Source: a virus. From it: 64,000 nucleotides of DNA. Below the pieces are notes generated by a model. The model made no database searches and was not told the origin of the DNA. It saw nothing but the letters and a program-made list of their open reading frames with translations. The first letter of the stretch is position 1. Each line of letters begins with the position of its first letter. The position numbers and the translations under genes are program-made. The DNA is taken from the UHGV virus genome UHGV-1376088. One strand, given 5' to 3'. Below, piece by piece: positions 1 through 10,272 of the stretch.

Positions 1-1064
1 TATCTTAAGAGATTTGCCATTGCCATCAATTCAGACAGATTACTTAAATATTGCGTAATAGTCAAGCCGGAACGCGCCGGTTCACAACTGTAATGATTAA
101 GAAGACCAGTTAATTCTGATATTGCATTATTTAGAGACTCTACACTTCTATTTATTGTTTCTTGTAGAGGGCCCATAATTTCCTCTACGTATTTGCGAGT
201 GTTGAGCTCTGCAGATTCGGCATATTTATTTACTCTTGATGTGTATTGTTTTCTAATCTCTTGGGTCTTTTTCTTGAGATTAGTGTCGTATTGGCCATCT
301 AAGAACTTATTGCTAACACCGAGTTGTTTTAAATCTTCTGCACTAGTGTTGCGAATATTTTCTGGTGTTGGCAACTGATCAATAATAGAGTCTATTGAAT
401 CAAGTATGCACAATACGGGAGTAAGCGCGAATCTTGCTAATATAGAAATATTTTTTACTAGGGCCTCTATGATTGCGCCTAGGATTGCATTAATAAATAC
501 GGCAACCGTTAGTCTTGGCAATTGTATATTCTGAGTTGTTTTCACAATTGCTGCAAGAATTAATGCTATCAATTTCAATAAATCTGGTAAACATAGGTAT
601 GATAAAAAGAATGCATACTGACAAACCGATGCCTTATTAAATTTACCTATGTTCTTAAACTGATCCAGAGATGTTGTGATATCTTTTAATAAGTTTCCGA
701 ATATACCACTAAAGTCAAATTTCGGCTTTTCAATTTTACAAGCAAAACAATCGTTACTTGCTTTTCTTATTGCACTCTTTATTGCGGCTAGATATTTAGG
801 GCTAATAGCACCGTTAGGACTAACGACATCGTCAAATTTATCACCATTGCCGTCATTGTCAATATTCCCAGCATTTAATGCACTCTCTATATAATCTACC
901 AATCTGTTGTATTGGTCGTCAAACTGTATATATAATCCGACAGGAACCTGTATTAAGCAGCCGTTTTCCTGAAGTGCCTTTGAGAAATGATCAACAATAA
1001 GTTGAGCGTAAGCAACCGCATATGTTGTGCTCGCTGTTGGGTTAACTTTTCTGCTTAATTCCAT
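1..1064 (-). CDS. hypothetical protein (C-terminal part; ORF open at window edge)
   Basis: Minus-strand ATG at 1062-1064 with an AGGAT RBS upstream; the reading frame runs off the left edge of the window. Confidence 0.35.
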   Translation of the reverse strand, partial: MELSRKVNPTASTTYAVAYAQLIVDHFSKALQENGCLIQVPVGLYIQFDDQYNRLVDYIESALNAGNIDNDGNGDKFDDVVSPNGAISPKYLAAIKSAIRKASNDCFACKIEKPKFDFSGIFGNLLKDITTSLDQFKNIGKFNKASVCQYAFFLSYLCLPDLLKLIALILAAIVKTTQNIQLPRLTVAVFINAILGAIIEALVKNISILARFALTPVLCILDSIDSIIDQLPTPENIRNTSAEDLKQLGVSNKFLDGQYDTNLKKKTQEIRKQYTSRVNKYAESAELNTRKYVEEIMGPLQETINRSVESLNNAISELTGLLNHYSCEPARSGLTITQYLSNLSELMAMANLLR

Positions 1065-1071
1065 CTATATC

Positions 1072-1644
1072 CTATACTGGTTCTGGTAATAAATATGGAG
1101 GGACGTTTGGTACGTATGCCTTTTCTAAAGGCGTAGATCTACGCTGATGGACATTAGAATCTCCTATAACGCCTGAACCTGATATAACTTTATTATCAAG
1201 GTTTGTTGTGGCGCCAGATGTATTCTGATATGCTTTAGGGATTTGTCCATCCCTCCATTTTAATTCTTTTGTTGGTTTAATTGATTCAAATTCTTGATTA
1301 ACGCCAGTGGTCGTTAATGTCCCCGTATCAGTAGGAGTTGGGACATTTGGCCCGCTAGGTCCCCATGCTGTAGGATGAACATGTGGTAATATCAAATGAG
1401 TATGCGGAGGGACCTGATGGGTATGTGCAGGAATCTTATGAGTATGAACATTTAAGTCTTTTTCAAATTGCTTCATTCTGTTCTCAACAGACTTTGCCCA
1501 GTTGATAACATCATCGACAAATGTCTTTATATCCTGGTTATTTGTAAAGTCAGATGAAGCATACTGAAAGATTCTCATGTATAACTCTGCACGCTGCTGG
1601 TCAACGATTGTATTTTGACTTTGTGATCCCCATAACTCAATCAT
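1072..1644 (-). CDS. hypothetical virion protein with His-x-His repeats (HTHKIPAHTHQVPPHTHLILPHVHP); possible fibre/receptor-binding tip
   Basis: 190-aa ORF in the minus-strand late operon. HxH repeats of this kind are known from T4-type fibre tips. Confidence 0.5.
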   Translation of the reverse strand: MIELWGSQSQNTIVDQQRAELYMRIFQYASSDFTNNQDIKTFVDDVINWAKSVENRMKQFEKDLNVHTHKIPAHTHQVPPHTHLILPHVHPTAWGPSGPNVPTPTDTGTLTTTGVNQEFESIKPTKELKWRDGQIPKAYQNTSGATTNLDNKVISGSGVIGDSNVHQRRSTPLEKAYVPNVPPYLLPEPV

Positions 1645-1907
1645 TTAATTAACTCCGCAGCCTTAGCCTTACCGGCTCTCCTAACTATATCGACACACTG
1701 TGCAACCATTTCAAATGTGATTGATGCTTTACCGTCCTTGATTGCATCTTCGCCATAAAGATTCCGTATAGCTGTCATAACATCAGGATCGCGATCATTG
1801 GTCGCTGTAACTTTTACGTCCTTTAGTTTTCCTAGCAATTCAGACTTAGCAACAACAAGTTCTTCCAGTATTGAACTTACTTCTTTTACGGTAAAACTAG
1901 AACTCAT
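1641..1907 (-). CDS. hypothetical protein
   Basis: 88-aa ORF whose stop overlaps the next gene start, consistent with an operon. Confidence 0.5.
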   Translation of the reverse strand: MSSSFTVKEVSSILEELVVAKSELLGKLKDVKVTATNDRDPDVMTAIRNLYGEDAIKDGKASITFEMVAQCVDIVRRAGKAKAAELIK

Positions 1908-2316
1908 ATGTCAGCTCCAATGGTGCATTCAATAGGGCATTGATTGGCCCTTTTGTCTTAATGTAGACATGAAACGGAATAAGTGAATATGGTTGTAATC
2001 CTTCAGAAATTTCGAGATTATTAAACGCGTCTATCTCAGAGAAGGAAGAAATTCCTGGGGCAGAGACCCCAGGTAAAATTTTAATGTCAAATAAGGATTC
2101 TAGCTCCTCACTTTTGACAATTTTAATATTGACCTTTTTGATAGAACCGTTCTTAATCACTAGCATTAGCTTGTGGATTACAGGGGATGTAGGATTTGTC
2201 CCCATCATATATCCAGAACCAATTTCTTTGATAACCTCTTCTATCGGGTCATAGTAGCATATACCGGCATCCGACAAAACGGTGCTATCAGTAATTCTGA
2301 TTAGATTGTAATCCAT
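1897..2316 (-). CDS. hypothetical protein
   Basis: 139-aa ORF tightly packed downstream of terminase. Confidence 0.5.
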   Translation of the reverse strand: MDYNLIRITDSTVLSDAGICYYDPIEEVIKEIGSGYMMGTNPTSPVIHKLMLVIKNGSIKKVNIKIVKSEELESLFDIKILPGVSAPGISSFSEIDAFNNLEISEGLQPYSLIPFHVYIKTKGPINALLNAPLELTYEF

Positions 2317-2333
2317 AATTAGATTGATTCCTC

Positions 2334-4292
2334 TTATCTAGATCTTGACCTCATTGTAGTTCTATACCTATTCATAAATGTAGAGGCTGTCTCTCTGGAC
2401 AGTATTCCTCTATTGCCCATAGGTCCACCAGACATAGATGAGCGTCTACTTATTCCTGGTGCAACACGAACTGTACGATGATATTTTTCTTCGTTTGCAT
2501 ATGAGCGTTTTTCTATTTCATTCGAACCATTATACGCCTCGGAACCACGCTTTTCAAGTGGCAATATTGTAATATTAGAATAACGTCTAGTGTCTAGAAT
2601 CGAATTCTCGTTTAGTTGTAATCCCGCCAATGCAATCATAAACGCATCTAAATCATGGTCGCCTATTTCGCTATTTTTAGCCTCATAGACTTCTCTGCCA
2701 TTAGCTGCTCTGGATTTTACAATATAGTTTTTCATCTGCTCTACAATAGGTGCAGATATTGGGTCCTTGAATGCAAGTAGCCCTGTTTCCAATGCGCGTT
2801 TTGTTGTTTCGACTATAAAATTCTTGAAGTATTTTTTACGAATCTCACCAGTCATTACGTCCCGAAGTTCTAATGTTGATGAGAAGTTTACTGGTACTAC
2901 ATCTCTAAGCCTTAAGTCAGGATGATCTGCAGGAACCTTTCCGAACAGATTTACTGCAATAAGTTTTAGCTGTTGAACGTTAGCCTCGCCAAATCCCTCA
3001 TCGACATAAATATAGTCTGGCGTATATAAGCGGTTTAGTTCGACAATTTTGTCTATCGCCGCTACCTGTGTCCACCCTTCTCGTCTTACATTTGATAGGT
3101 TTGCTATGATAATTTTGCGCTCAATCTTATCGTATGCAATAACACAAATACGTGTACCTACTTTGTCGGCATTCCAGTCGCATCCAAGTGAGACTATGTA
3201 TCTATTCCTATTCGTAATGACATTGTGCAGAGATTCTGATGTTCCTATTAATGTACTCCTATTTACAAGGTCGGTATCAAAAACAGAGTTATCAGACAAA
3301 CCGAATTCTGCCATAATTTCTTGAATATATGCCATCATAGACAGTGAGTTTCTAAACTCTCTATCCATGTCGTCATTATAATGAGGAATACAGAATGATG
3401 GGAAATGGAACTCCTTATAGTCTTTTGAGTTTGCAAATTTATATAGCAATCCCTCGCCCATCGGTGTTGATGTACAGATAATTTCTGTATTGGGCTTATC
3501 CATAAGAATGGCCGTAATAGAGTCGAATGCTTCTTGTGTTAAGAAGTCGGCCTCGTCAATAATGATAAGGTGGGCACCTTGTCCACGTACAGCGTTCGCG
3601 TTATCGTTACCGGCTGTAAATGCTTTGAATGTTGATCCATTCTTCATCTGTATCTCTTGATACGGAGATGTAACAGATCTCTCCACCAAATCATCCCATG
3701 TACCTATTGTGGCACTTAATGATCGTAGAATCTTTTTAACTACACTTGTAAGTTCCTTTGCTTGTGAAAGAAACGGTGTAACCACTAGAATTTGGTAATT
3801 ACTATTCTGTACAAGTCTGTTTGCGATATCAATACCAAGGCCGTATGATTTACCGGATCGGCGTCCGCATCGGATTGCTTTTTTAGAGGCCGAGCACTGA
3901 ATTTGCATAGATTGATACCAGCGATTAACATATAAACGCTTTGTAGGGTCCGGCTGATTGACATCAATGTTCTTTTCGGCCCAGTATACTGGATTCATAG
4001 CTTGTTTAATTTCTTCAAGCTCGTCGCTGTTCATATTGGCCACTATATTCTGGTCAAGAACACTGATATCTTTGGGGCCCGAACATTTTATCGTTATTTC
4101 ACCGTACTTTTTAATTTGCTCTCTTTGGCAATTTCTGCACATATTGTTAATATCTGTGTCATAATTCTTATGCTTTAGATATTCTCTCCATGGCATCTCA
4201 TATAGCTGTATAAGTGACGACGTAGGCTTTTTATCCTCGATATCATCTATATCGCTTCTGATATGGTCGGTATTTTTATCTAAATCTTCCAT
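2334..4292 (-). CDS. terL: terminase large subunit (T4 gp17-like)
   Basis: Walker A CGRRSGKS and Walker B LIIIDEADF in the N-terminal ATPase. The C-terminal half has RNase H-like nuclease acidic motifs (VDEGFGE, GDHDLDAF). Confidence 0.9.
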   Translation of the reverse strand: MEDLDKNTDHIRSDIDDIEDKKPTSSLIQLYEMPWREYLKHKNYDTDINNMCRNCQREQIKKYGEITIKCSGPKDISVLDQNIVANMNSDELEEIKQAMNPVYWAEKNIDVNQPDPTKRLYVNRWYQSMQIQCSASKKAIRCGRRSGKSYGLGIDIANRLVQNSNYQILVVTPFLSQAKELTSVVKKILRSLSATIGTWDDLVERSVTSPYQEIQMKNGSTFKAFTAGNDNANAVRGQGAHLIIIDEADFLTQEAFDSITAILMDKPNTEIICTSTPMGEGLLYKFANSKDYKEFHFPSFCIPHYNDDMDREFRNSLSMMAYIQEIMAEFGLSDNSVFDTDLVNRSTLIGTSESLHNVITNRNRYIVSLGCDWNADKVGTRICVIAYDKIERKIIIANLSNVRREGWTQVAAIDKIVELNRLYTPDYIYVDEGFGEANVQQLKLIAVNLFGKVPADHPDLRLRDVVPVNFSSTLELRDVMTGEIRKKYFKNFIVETTKRALETGLLAFKDPISAPIVEQMKNYIVKSRAANGREVYEAKNSEIGDHDLDAFMIALAGLQLNENSILDTRRYSNITILPLEKRGSEAYNGSNEIEKRSYANEEKYHRTVRVAPGISRRSSMSGGPMGNRGILSRETASTFMNRYRTTMRSRSR

Positions 4293-5413
4293 TAGAAAAT
4301 GCCCTTCAAAATTGCTGCTTCATTTCCGAGAATGTAGCCCTTATCATTCAGTGATGATTTTGATAGTTTAGCAAATGCTCTCTGTCTACTGGTTGCAAGT
4401 TGTGCAGTGTTAACCGAAGTATTGCCAGTAGTTGGCGAGAATAGAGAATTCCTTATTTGCAGGATTCTATTATCCCTGTCTGCCATGCTTTTTGCTAAGC
4501 CGACTACCGCGTCAGTAGCGAGCATTAGGCCTCCACCGACAACAAGTCCACCCATGGTACCTGTTGCTAGTTTTGCGGCACCCCTAATTCTTCCTGCTGC
4601 ACCAAGTGCTTCTCCTGCTGTTCCTCGTCCAATCTTGCCTATAATTGGAGCGCCTTTTAGAAGAGATGTTCCTGCGTGTGTCAATTCTTTGCCAACACGG
4701 AATCCATATGTTCCCAATGCAAGGGATGCGGCCATACCTGCTACAGATGTTGCGGCGTTGTCTGTAATTGTGGATTCTTTATTCCCGAAAATATAGTCAG
4801 ATGCCTCTGATAATGCAAACATGCCGCCTATTGTAGGGGCAAGTCCTGCAAATAACTTATCTGAGGCTTTTGTTGCTGAAGATGCGATAATTGATTTCTG
4901 ATGCTTTGTCATTAAGCCGACAGAGTTCATTAAGTCATCTCGTAATCCATATCCAGTTATGAATTTTCTAGCTCTACCAAGATGGTCCATCGCCCCTGCT
5001 GTTGCAAATGATTCATAGCTGTTAAATGCGTATATATTATTTATCCCGCCGCCCCTTATAGGCTGTGTGGAATTGTATTTACTGGACCCTGGAGCTGCAC
5101 CAAAGATACGCTCTGCTGCTGTTCTATTTCTAGAGTTGGTTATAGCTTCTGCTTTTAGCGCAGTATTTATAGATCCCTTAGAAAGTGGGTCTGTTCCATC
5201 CAGCATCTTTTTGACATCCATATAGCCCTCGTTTGCATTTTTATAATGCAAATTCGTAGACCATTTTATAGGATGATTATGCCCGAGACTATTCTCGAAT
5301 AAGCGTTTAGATGTCCTAATAGTATTTTTCTCTCTAGTTTTACTATTGCTAAAAAGGCCATCTTTTGATTCTAATCGTATTTGGTCCCAAAGCTGAGCCT
5401 TATCAATACTCAT
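4292..5413 (-). CDS. Gly/Ala-rich hypothetical protein (glycine-zipper-like)
   Basis: 373 aa with repeated GxxxG/AxxxG stretches. Two similar proteins lie at 12.8-13.9 kb. Confidence 0.55.
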   Translation of the reverse strand: MSIDKAQLWDQIRLESKDGLFSNSKTREKNTIRTSKRLFENSLGHNHPIKWSTNLHYKNANEGYMDVKKMLDGTDPLSKGSINTALKAEAITNSRNRTAAERIFGAAPGSSKYNSTQPIRGGGINNIYAFNSYESFATAGAMDHLGRARKFITGYGLRDDLMNSVGLMTKHQKSIIASSATKASDKLFAGLAPTIGGMFALSEASDYIFGNKESTITDNAATSVAGMAASLALGTYGFRVGKELTHAGTSLLKGAPIIGKIGRGTAGEALGAAGRIRGAAKLATGTMGGLVVGGGLMLATDAVVGLAKSMADRDNRILQIRNSLFSPTTGNTSVNTAQLATSRQRAFAKLSKSSLNDKGYILGNEAAILKGIF

Positions 5414-7091
5414 GCGCTCTCCTTGACTCCCTATATTGAGCCTCCATATATCCAGCTGGAATTGCCATAGAATAATCTAATGCGTCGAACTTATTGAATG
5501 TGGGGTCATTGTACTGTTTGAAATCTAATGCTTCTTGTCTAGATTTCAGTTTCTTAACCCTCATATCATCATCAAATGAGTCTCCCATCATGTATAGCAA
5601 TCCGCCGGCGGCGGCTAGTCCAACTGCGGGTATACCAACCCTATGATTTTCTGGAAGGATCGATTTTAATATTTCGTTACTATTTCTAACTTTTTTATAT
5701 GTATCTCGTGCAAATCCAGAGAGCGTTTGTTCTGTTCCTGAAGAAACATTGTATCTGCGTATCTTTAATAGCTCTTCATCTGTTAGCTTCTGCCCGTTAA
5801 GCACTTTATCTAGAATCTCAGTGTTCTCTGAATTCAATAAGCCTATTTTAAAAGTAGTATCTGGATTTCTAAGTAAGTCTTGTGCAACCTCTGGATTTCC
5901 CTGGGCCATCTTGACGATTCTTTCAAGCTCTGCATAAGACTGAGTGTTACCATATCTTTCTTTAGACATTGCTAAGAAATTAGCCAATCCTCTCTCATTG
6001 GAGATATCTCTTGTAAACCTTGGAACATCTATATGTCCTGTTTCTCCAGTTATAGAGTTTATAAATGGCACTTGGGCAGTATCGACTCTTTGCTTAGAAT
6101 CCCACGCTCCAAATTCTTTAAACTTCTCTATATTCGAAGTTATTGATTTTGCTGCCTGCATCTCTCTTAGTAGACCTGATGCAGTCTTCATCTTATTAAA
6201 GATACCGGTGCTCTCTTCGGAGATATTTCCGGAAATCAATTCCTCACGCAGAGCTGTGATTTTGTCAAAAAGCCTTATTTGTTGTCTTGCATCGGACAAT
6301 GCGCCGTGGGTTTCTTTTTCGCCTAAGAATAGTTTTGCAAGGAAGTCTACATTATGGCCCATATCCTTGTATATTTCTGGTATATGTCCCTGTGCAGCAG
6401 CCTTAACAAATGTTGCTTTAGTGAAATCCATAAGATCTGCAGCATAGAACATTGGCAATCCGCCTTTAACCGCTCTCTCTGCGTCATATTTCATCACAGA
6501 GGCGTCTACTTTCTTGTAGGCATCAATTACCTTGTCCATGGCTGAATCTAAATCTGAGAGCGTTTTAGCGTCCTTTGCGGCGGCCCTAGCTTTTACAACT
6601 TCAGACGGTGAATACAATTTGGTTTGACCATCTGGTGACCGTTCATACATCTGGCTCATAAGCCTTGATGATGATGACCCATCTAGGCTTGCATAAAATG
6701 CTCGTTCAAACCCTAAGTTCTGAACAAGGACCATTCCTGAATTTCCGAATGTCAGACTATTGTCCAGATGCTTAAGTATTGCCCTGTCTGAAGCTTCAAA
6801 TAGTAGCTCTGCTGATGACGGTTTCTTTTTACCGGAGATATATGTTTGCCACTCTTGGTTTTGTGCATAGAACCCTCTTTTATTTAGGGCTATTTTCTCA
6901 GCCTCTAATTGTTCTCTTGAGGGATTAAATATAGCTTCTGATCCATCGCTTCTTGTTGCCAAACCAACGGACCATATCCTTGCTTTGTGTCTAGCCTTAA
7001 CAACGCCATCTCTAACATCCTTAATTCTTTCCTCTGGATTTGTAGAAGTTGTTTCGAAGTCAAGGGAGATGACATTGCTAAACGGTTTCAT
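5403..7091 (-). CDS. DEDDh (DnaQ-like) 3'-5' exonuclease-domain protein with C-terminal extension and TM segment
   Basis: Exo I motif SLDFETTS, an Exo II-like NLGFERAFY and Exo III motif HGALSDARQ. A hydrophobic segment IPAVGLAAAGGLLYMMG lies near the C-terminus. Confidence 0.6.
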   Translation of the reverse strand: MKPFSNVISLDFETTSTNPEERIKDVRDGVVKARHKARIWSVGLATRSDGSEAIFNPSREQLEAEKIALNKRGFYAQNQEWQTYISGKKKPSSAELLFEASDRAILKHLDNSLTFGNSGMVLVQNLGFERAFYASLDGSSSSRLMSQMYERSPDGQTKLYSPSEVVKARAAAKDAKTLSDLDSAMDKVIDAYKKVDASVMKYDAERAVKGGLPMFYAADLMDFTKATFVKAAAQGHIPEIYKDMGHNVDFLAKLFLGEKETHGALSDARQQIRLFDKITALREELISGNISEESTGIFNKMKTASGLLREMQAAKSITSNIEKFKEFGAWDSKQRVDTAQVPFINSITGETGHIDVPRFTRDISNERGLANFLAMSKERYGNTQSYAELERIVKMAQGNPEVAQDLLRNPDTTFKIGLLNSENTEILDKVLNGQKLTDEELLKIRRYNVSSGTEQTLSGFARDTYKKVRNSNEILKSILPENHRVGIPAVGLAAAGGLLYMMGDSFDDDMRVKKLKSRQEALDFKQYNDPTFNKFDALDYSMAIPAGYMEAQYRESRRAHEY

Positions 7092-7603
7092 CCTATTTCC
7101 TTAAGTAATTTGCGGTAATCGCCATCTTTTTCGAATATCTCTTTTTCTGTGATAAATCTATATTTTGCATTGATCTTATTTTCTTTTAAAAATACAACTG
7201 CGGCTCTAGCTTTTAGTTGTACATTTATTGCCTTTTTGGCAGACGAAGGTTTTATTTCGCATAGTTCTAATCTTCCATCTGAGTATAAGACCAATGCGTC
7301 GGGGATGTAATTCCTTCTTAGCCCGGAATTGTCTGTATATGGTATCTTCATTGGCTCTACGATGTATTTTATAACACTGCTATCAGTGTCCATTCCTTTG
7401 TAGAATGCATACTCGTATAGGCTTCTATATTCGATATCCTTGCCAGCCTTAGTGGAGAAATACTTCCCTGAGCGATATCGCTTACCCTTATTGAAGTAAG
7501 CGCCATTATTTTTTATATGCTCTTCTTTTGTATGTCTGGACTTTTGTATACGTGGAGATTTATTGCGCTTAGGCTTACCACGAATCCTTTTTGAAGCTGT
7601 CAT
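7088..7603 (-). CDS. PD-(D/E)xK nuclease-like protein (possible homing/restriction-type endonuclease)
   Basis: Motif IPDALVLYSDGRLELCEIKP matches the PD..(E)xK signature. The N-terminus is basic. Confidence 0.5.
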   Translation of the reverse strand: MTASKRIRGKPKRNKSPRIQKSRHTKEEHIKNNGAYFNKGKRYRSGKYFSTKAGKDIEYRSLYEYAFYKGMDTDSSVIKYIVEPMKIPYTDNSGLRRNYIPDALVLYSDGRLELCEIKPSSAKKAINVQLKARAAVVFLKENKINAKYRFITEKEIFEKDGDYRKLLKEIG

Positions 7604-8928
7604 TTATTTGAACCATCTATTACGGACTGGTCGATAGATTTATCGACATATTTGCCACGTGTTGCGGCAGTTAACATATCAAGCTTATCTTTAAGTGACT
7701 GGCTACCGCTTCCCATACTTGCACCAGATGCTTGTACAGCGATCTTGGCTCGCTCTTTTCTTGTTGCCATCAGAGATTCTAATAATTTACTTCTTCTGTT
7801 TTTCAGTTTCTCTTTGATATTGAGATATCTTGATATGTCGTCTCTGGCGATCATATTGCCACCAGCATCGAATCCCATTAAATCTTCTTGGCTGAAATCT
7901 TGATGTGTTAATGATAGGATCTGAGTAACCCTTCTTTCATACAAGTCTATTTCAGCGAGTTCTGCAACCATTTGCATTTCTGTTGGGCTATCTGGCTGAA
8001 CGTTGAACTCTTCGAAGTATCTTTCTGTTTGGCTACGCAGATAGTCTTGCTCATAAATACATGGGGCACCTACTGGTGCCTTATTCATCTTGTAAAGCTG
8101 ACAGTTGTGGACCAATAGTCCTTCGGCAAAGAAATTGGAGTTTTTAAATACCTGGATGTCGTATACTGGGAGGACACCAACAACATCTATTGATTCAATT
8201 TTAGTAATTAAACAGTCCCCATATGAGTTGTCTTCTTCACTAAATAGGTCTTCGTATACTAGTTTACTTCCGATTGTAAGACCGTCATCAATAGATAGGA
8301 ATTTAAATTTAGAACCTCTTCCTTTTATAGCAAAGAACTGATGGTCTGACGTTGCCTTAATGCAATGGCCGTCTATGGTTCTAATTTCGTAAACTGTCTT
8401 CTCGCCGACATAGGCTGTGGCATATACCATGTCATGCTCAATACGTTTCGTCTTCGTATTGAATGATATGATTTTATCTCCGCTTTTAATTCGGTCTATT
8501 CTTACTTGTTTTCCATCGTGCATGGAGACCATGGAGTCTCCAGTTAGGCATGTCTCTTTTACCTTACAGTTTGAACCCCTACAAATCATTGGGGAGTATG
8601 TTGATATACCACCATCGGTTGATCGTCTCAAACTAGTGCTGAATGCTAACGCTTCATCTTCTGTTAGTACAATGTTTTCATACAGCTTGTCGTCTAATGA
8701 TAACGCATCTAGGTATCTAGCTCTCGTGATCTTATTATCAACAACTTTGATTCCTCTTGATGAAAACAAAATTGGAATAGATTTTGATTTAGTTTCTTGT
8801 ATCATTGAAACTGTTTTTTCAACTTCTGTTTTTGTCTTGGTTTTCTCTTTTTCTCTCATTTCATGAGCAGAGATTATACCTGCAGACAAATCGAACATTT
8901 CTTGTATTTCTTTATTTGGAATAGCCAT
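7600..8928 (-). CDS. hypothetical packaging-region protein interrupted by a Hint-domain mini-intein
   Basis: Intein block A CLTGDSMV follows an extein Thr. Terminal VHN is followed by Cys. The exteins form a Cys-rich knuckle CRGSNCKVKET/CQLYKMNKAPVGAPC. Confidence 0.7.
   Translation of the reverse strand: MAIPNKEIQEMFDLSAGIISAHEMREKEKTKTKTEVEKTVSMIQETKSKSIPILFSSRGIKVVDNKITRARYLDALSLDDKLYENIVLTEDEALAFSTSLRRSTDGGISTYSPMICRGSNCKVKETCLTGDSMVSMHDGKQVRIDRIKSGDKIISFNTKTKRIEHDMVYATAYVGEKTVYEIRTIDGHCIKATSDHQFFAIKGRGSKFKFLSIDDGLTIGSKLVYEDLFSEEDNSYGDCLITKIESIDVVGVLPVYDIQVFKNSNFFAEGLLVHNCQLYKMNKAPVGAPCIYEQDYLRSQTERYFEEFNVQPDSPTEMQMVAELAEIDLYERRVTQILSLTHQDFSQEDLMGFDAGGNMIARDDISRYLNIKEKLKNRRSKLLESLMATRKERAKIAVQASGASMGSGSQSLKDKLDMLTAATRGKYVDKSIDQSVIDGSNK
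8104..8550 (-). mobile_element. mini-intein (about 149 aa, no endonuclease domain) inside CDS 7600-8928
   Basis: Residues 127-275 run from Cys1 (CLTGDS) to the C-terminal HN, with +1 Cys. The size fits a Hint-only intein. Confidence 0.65.
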
Positions 8929-10164
8929 TAACTAATTATCCTGAGTCAAATTATTATTATTATATTCTTACCATGCTATACTTAAATAAACAGAACGGAA
9001 ATATATGCAGGTAGTAGTCTCGTATAATCTAGGTAGAATTCAAATTTCTATTTTACTATCGAATAATTTAGTATAGGCTAAATCATGGTCATAGGCAATA
9101 ACCGGATATATGACCCTAGAAGCTAACTCTGGTAGTGTAACCACGATTTAGCAGAACATCTCTAAAAAGCTTCCATAGTATACTTCCAATACAGGAAGCA
9201 GTAAATATTATTTGCTTAAGTAAGTTTCTTTTGCAAATAAAACAGGAGGTAGCACCAAGCTACCTCCAAGTATTATCTAATTAATTGTAGACTACAACAA
9301 GCTTAAGTAAGTATCCTAAGCTTATGTTCGTTTCCTCTATTGGTAACTTAGGGCTGCGGTAGCAGCCTATGTATTATCTACATTACTTATGATTATATTT
9401 TCTTGTATTGAAGGGCCGGGGCCGCGTGACAGCGGCCATCTATTATAGACTGAATTTATTTTATTTTAGATAAATAATAGATACAGTTAGGCCTAACCAA
9501 AACAAGCGGCTTGATAAATATAACCCGATCTAGCCATGTTGTATAACGTAGATGTCTTACTGATATAACTCTAATTGTAAGAGAGCTATATCCTAGGCTT
9601 TTTCTTTACCCATCTTGACCCTCCATGGAAACCACGGACCGTTAATACTTCCATTTGTAGTCATGCTATTTAGCATCATCTTGTAGCTCAATATGCTATC
9701 TCTACAAGACCAGAGATGTTTCATCTTCCCATGTGGCCGATTAGTATCGGTTACAATCCACTGCATAACAGGAAATTTATTTATACTCGCCACCTCTCGT
9801 ATTGCTTTGATATTTCAGGGAGTTTACGCTACTTCAACAACGAGTTTTCGATCGACTCCTTCGGTTAGGCTTGCCCACATCTAGGAGTTTCATTACTGCT
9901 TCGTCCGACCTCGCCTCTCGAGGTTATTTAGATTTTCATCTAAGACTAGTTCACAGTAAGATGATGTCTCTTGAAGGCCGGATGCCGTAGATTATCCCGA
10001 CTCAGCTTGTCCAGTCATCAACATCATGACCGTTATTATACGGATTTTTGACACAAATGTCAAGAACTATTTTAAAAATTTACATTCAAAAATTAGTATG
10101 GTGTACATATATTTTATATTTTTATAAGTGCTTGATTACAAACAGAATAAAGATTGTAAAAAAC

Positions 10165-10193
10165 TTGACTTTTATACCGTTTTAGCGTATAAT
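10165..10193 (+). promoter_or_regulatory. sigma70-type promoter (TTGACT-17-TATAAT)
   Basis: Perfect -35/-10 hexamers with a 17-bp spacer, about 80 bp upstream of the 10273 ORF. Confidence 0.5.
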
Positions 10194-10272
10194 ACAATCT
10201 CTATGTGTGAGGGGACACACTTAAAATATTTCTAATAAAAATAACAATAAAAGAATATAGGATTACAACAAT

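Noticed and set aside
4407-4796. 129-aa plus-strand Pro/Ala-rich ORF
   Set aside because: It is antisense to the Gly-rich late gene at 4292-5413.
9593-9793. 66-aa minus-strand ORF in the 1.3 kb divergent intergenic region
   Set aside because: It has an alternative (GTG) start and a weak RBS, and it lies in a promoter-rich noncoding stretch. It is not confidently coding.
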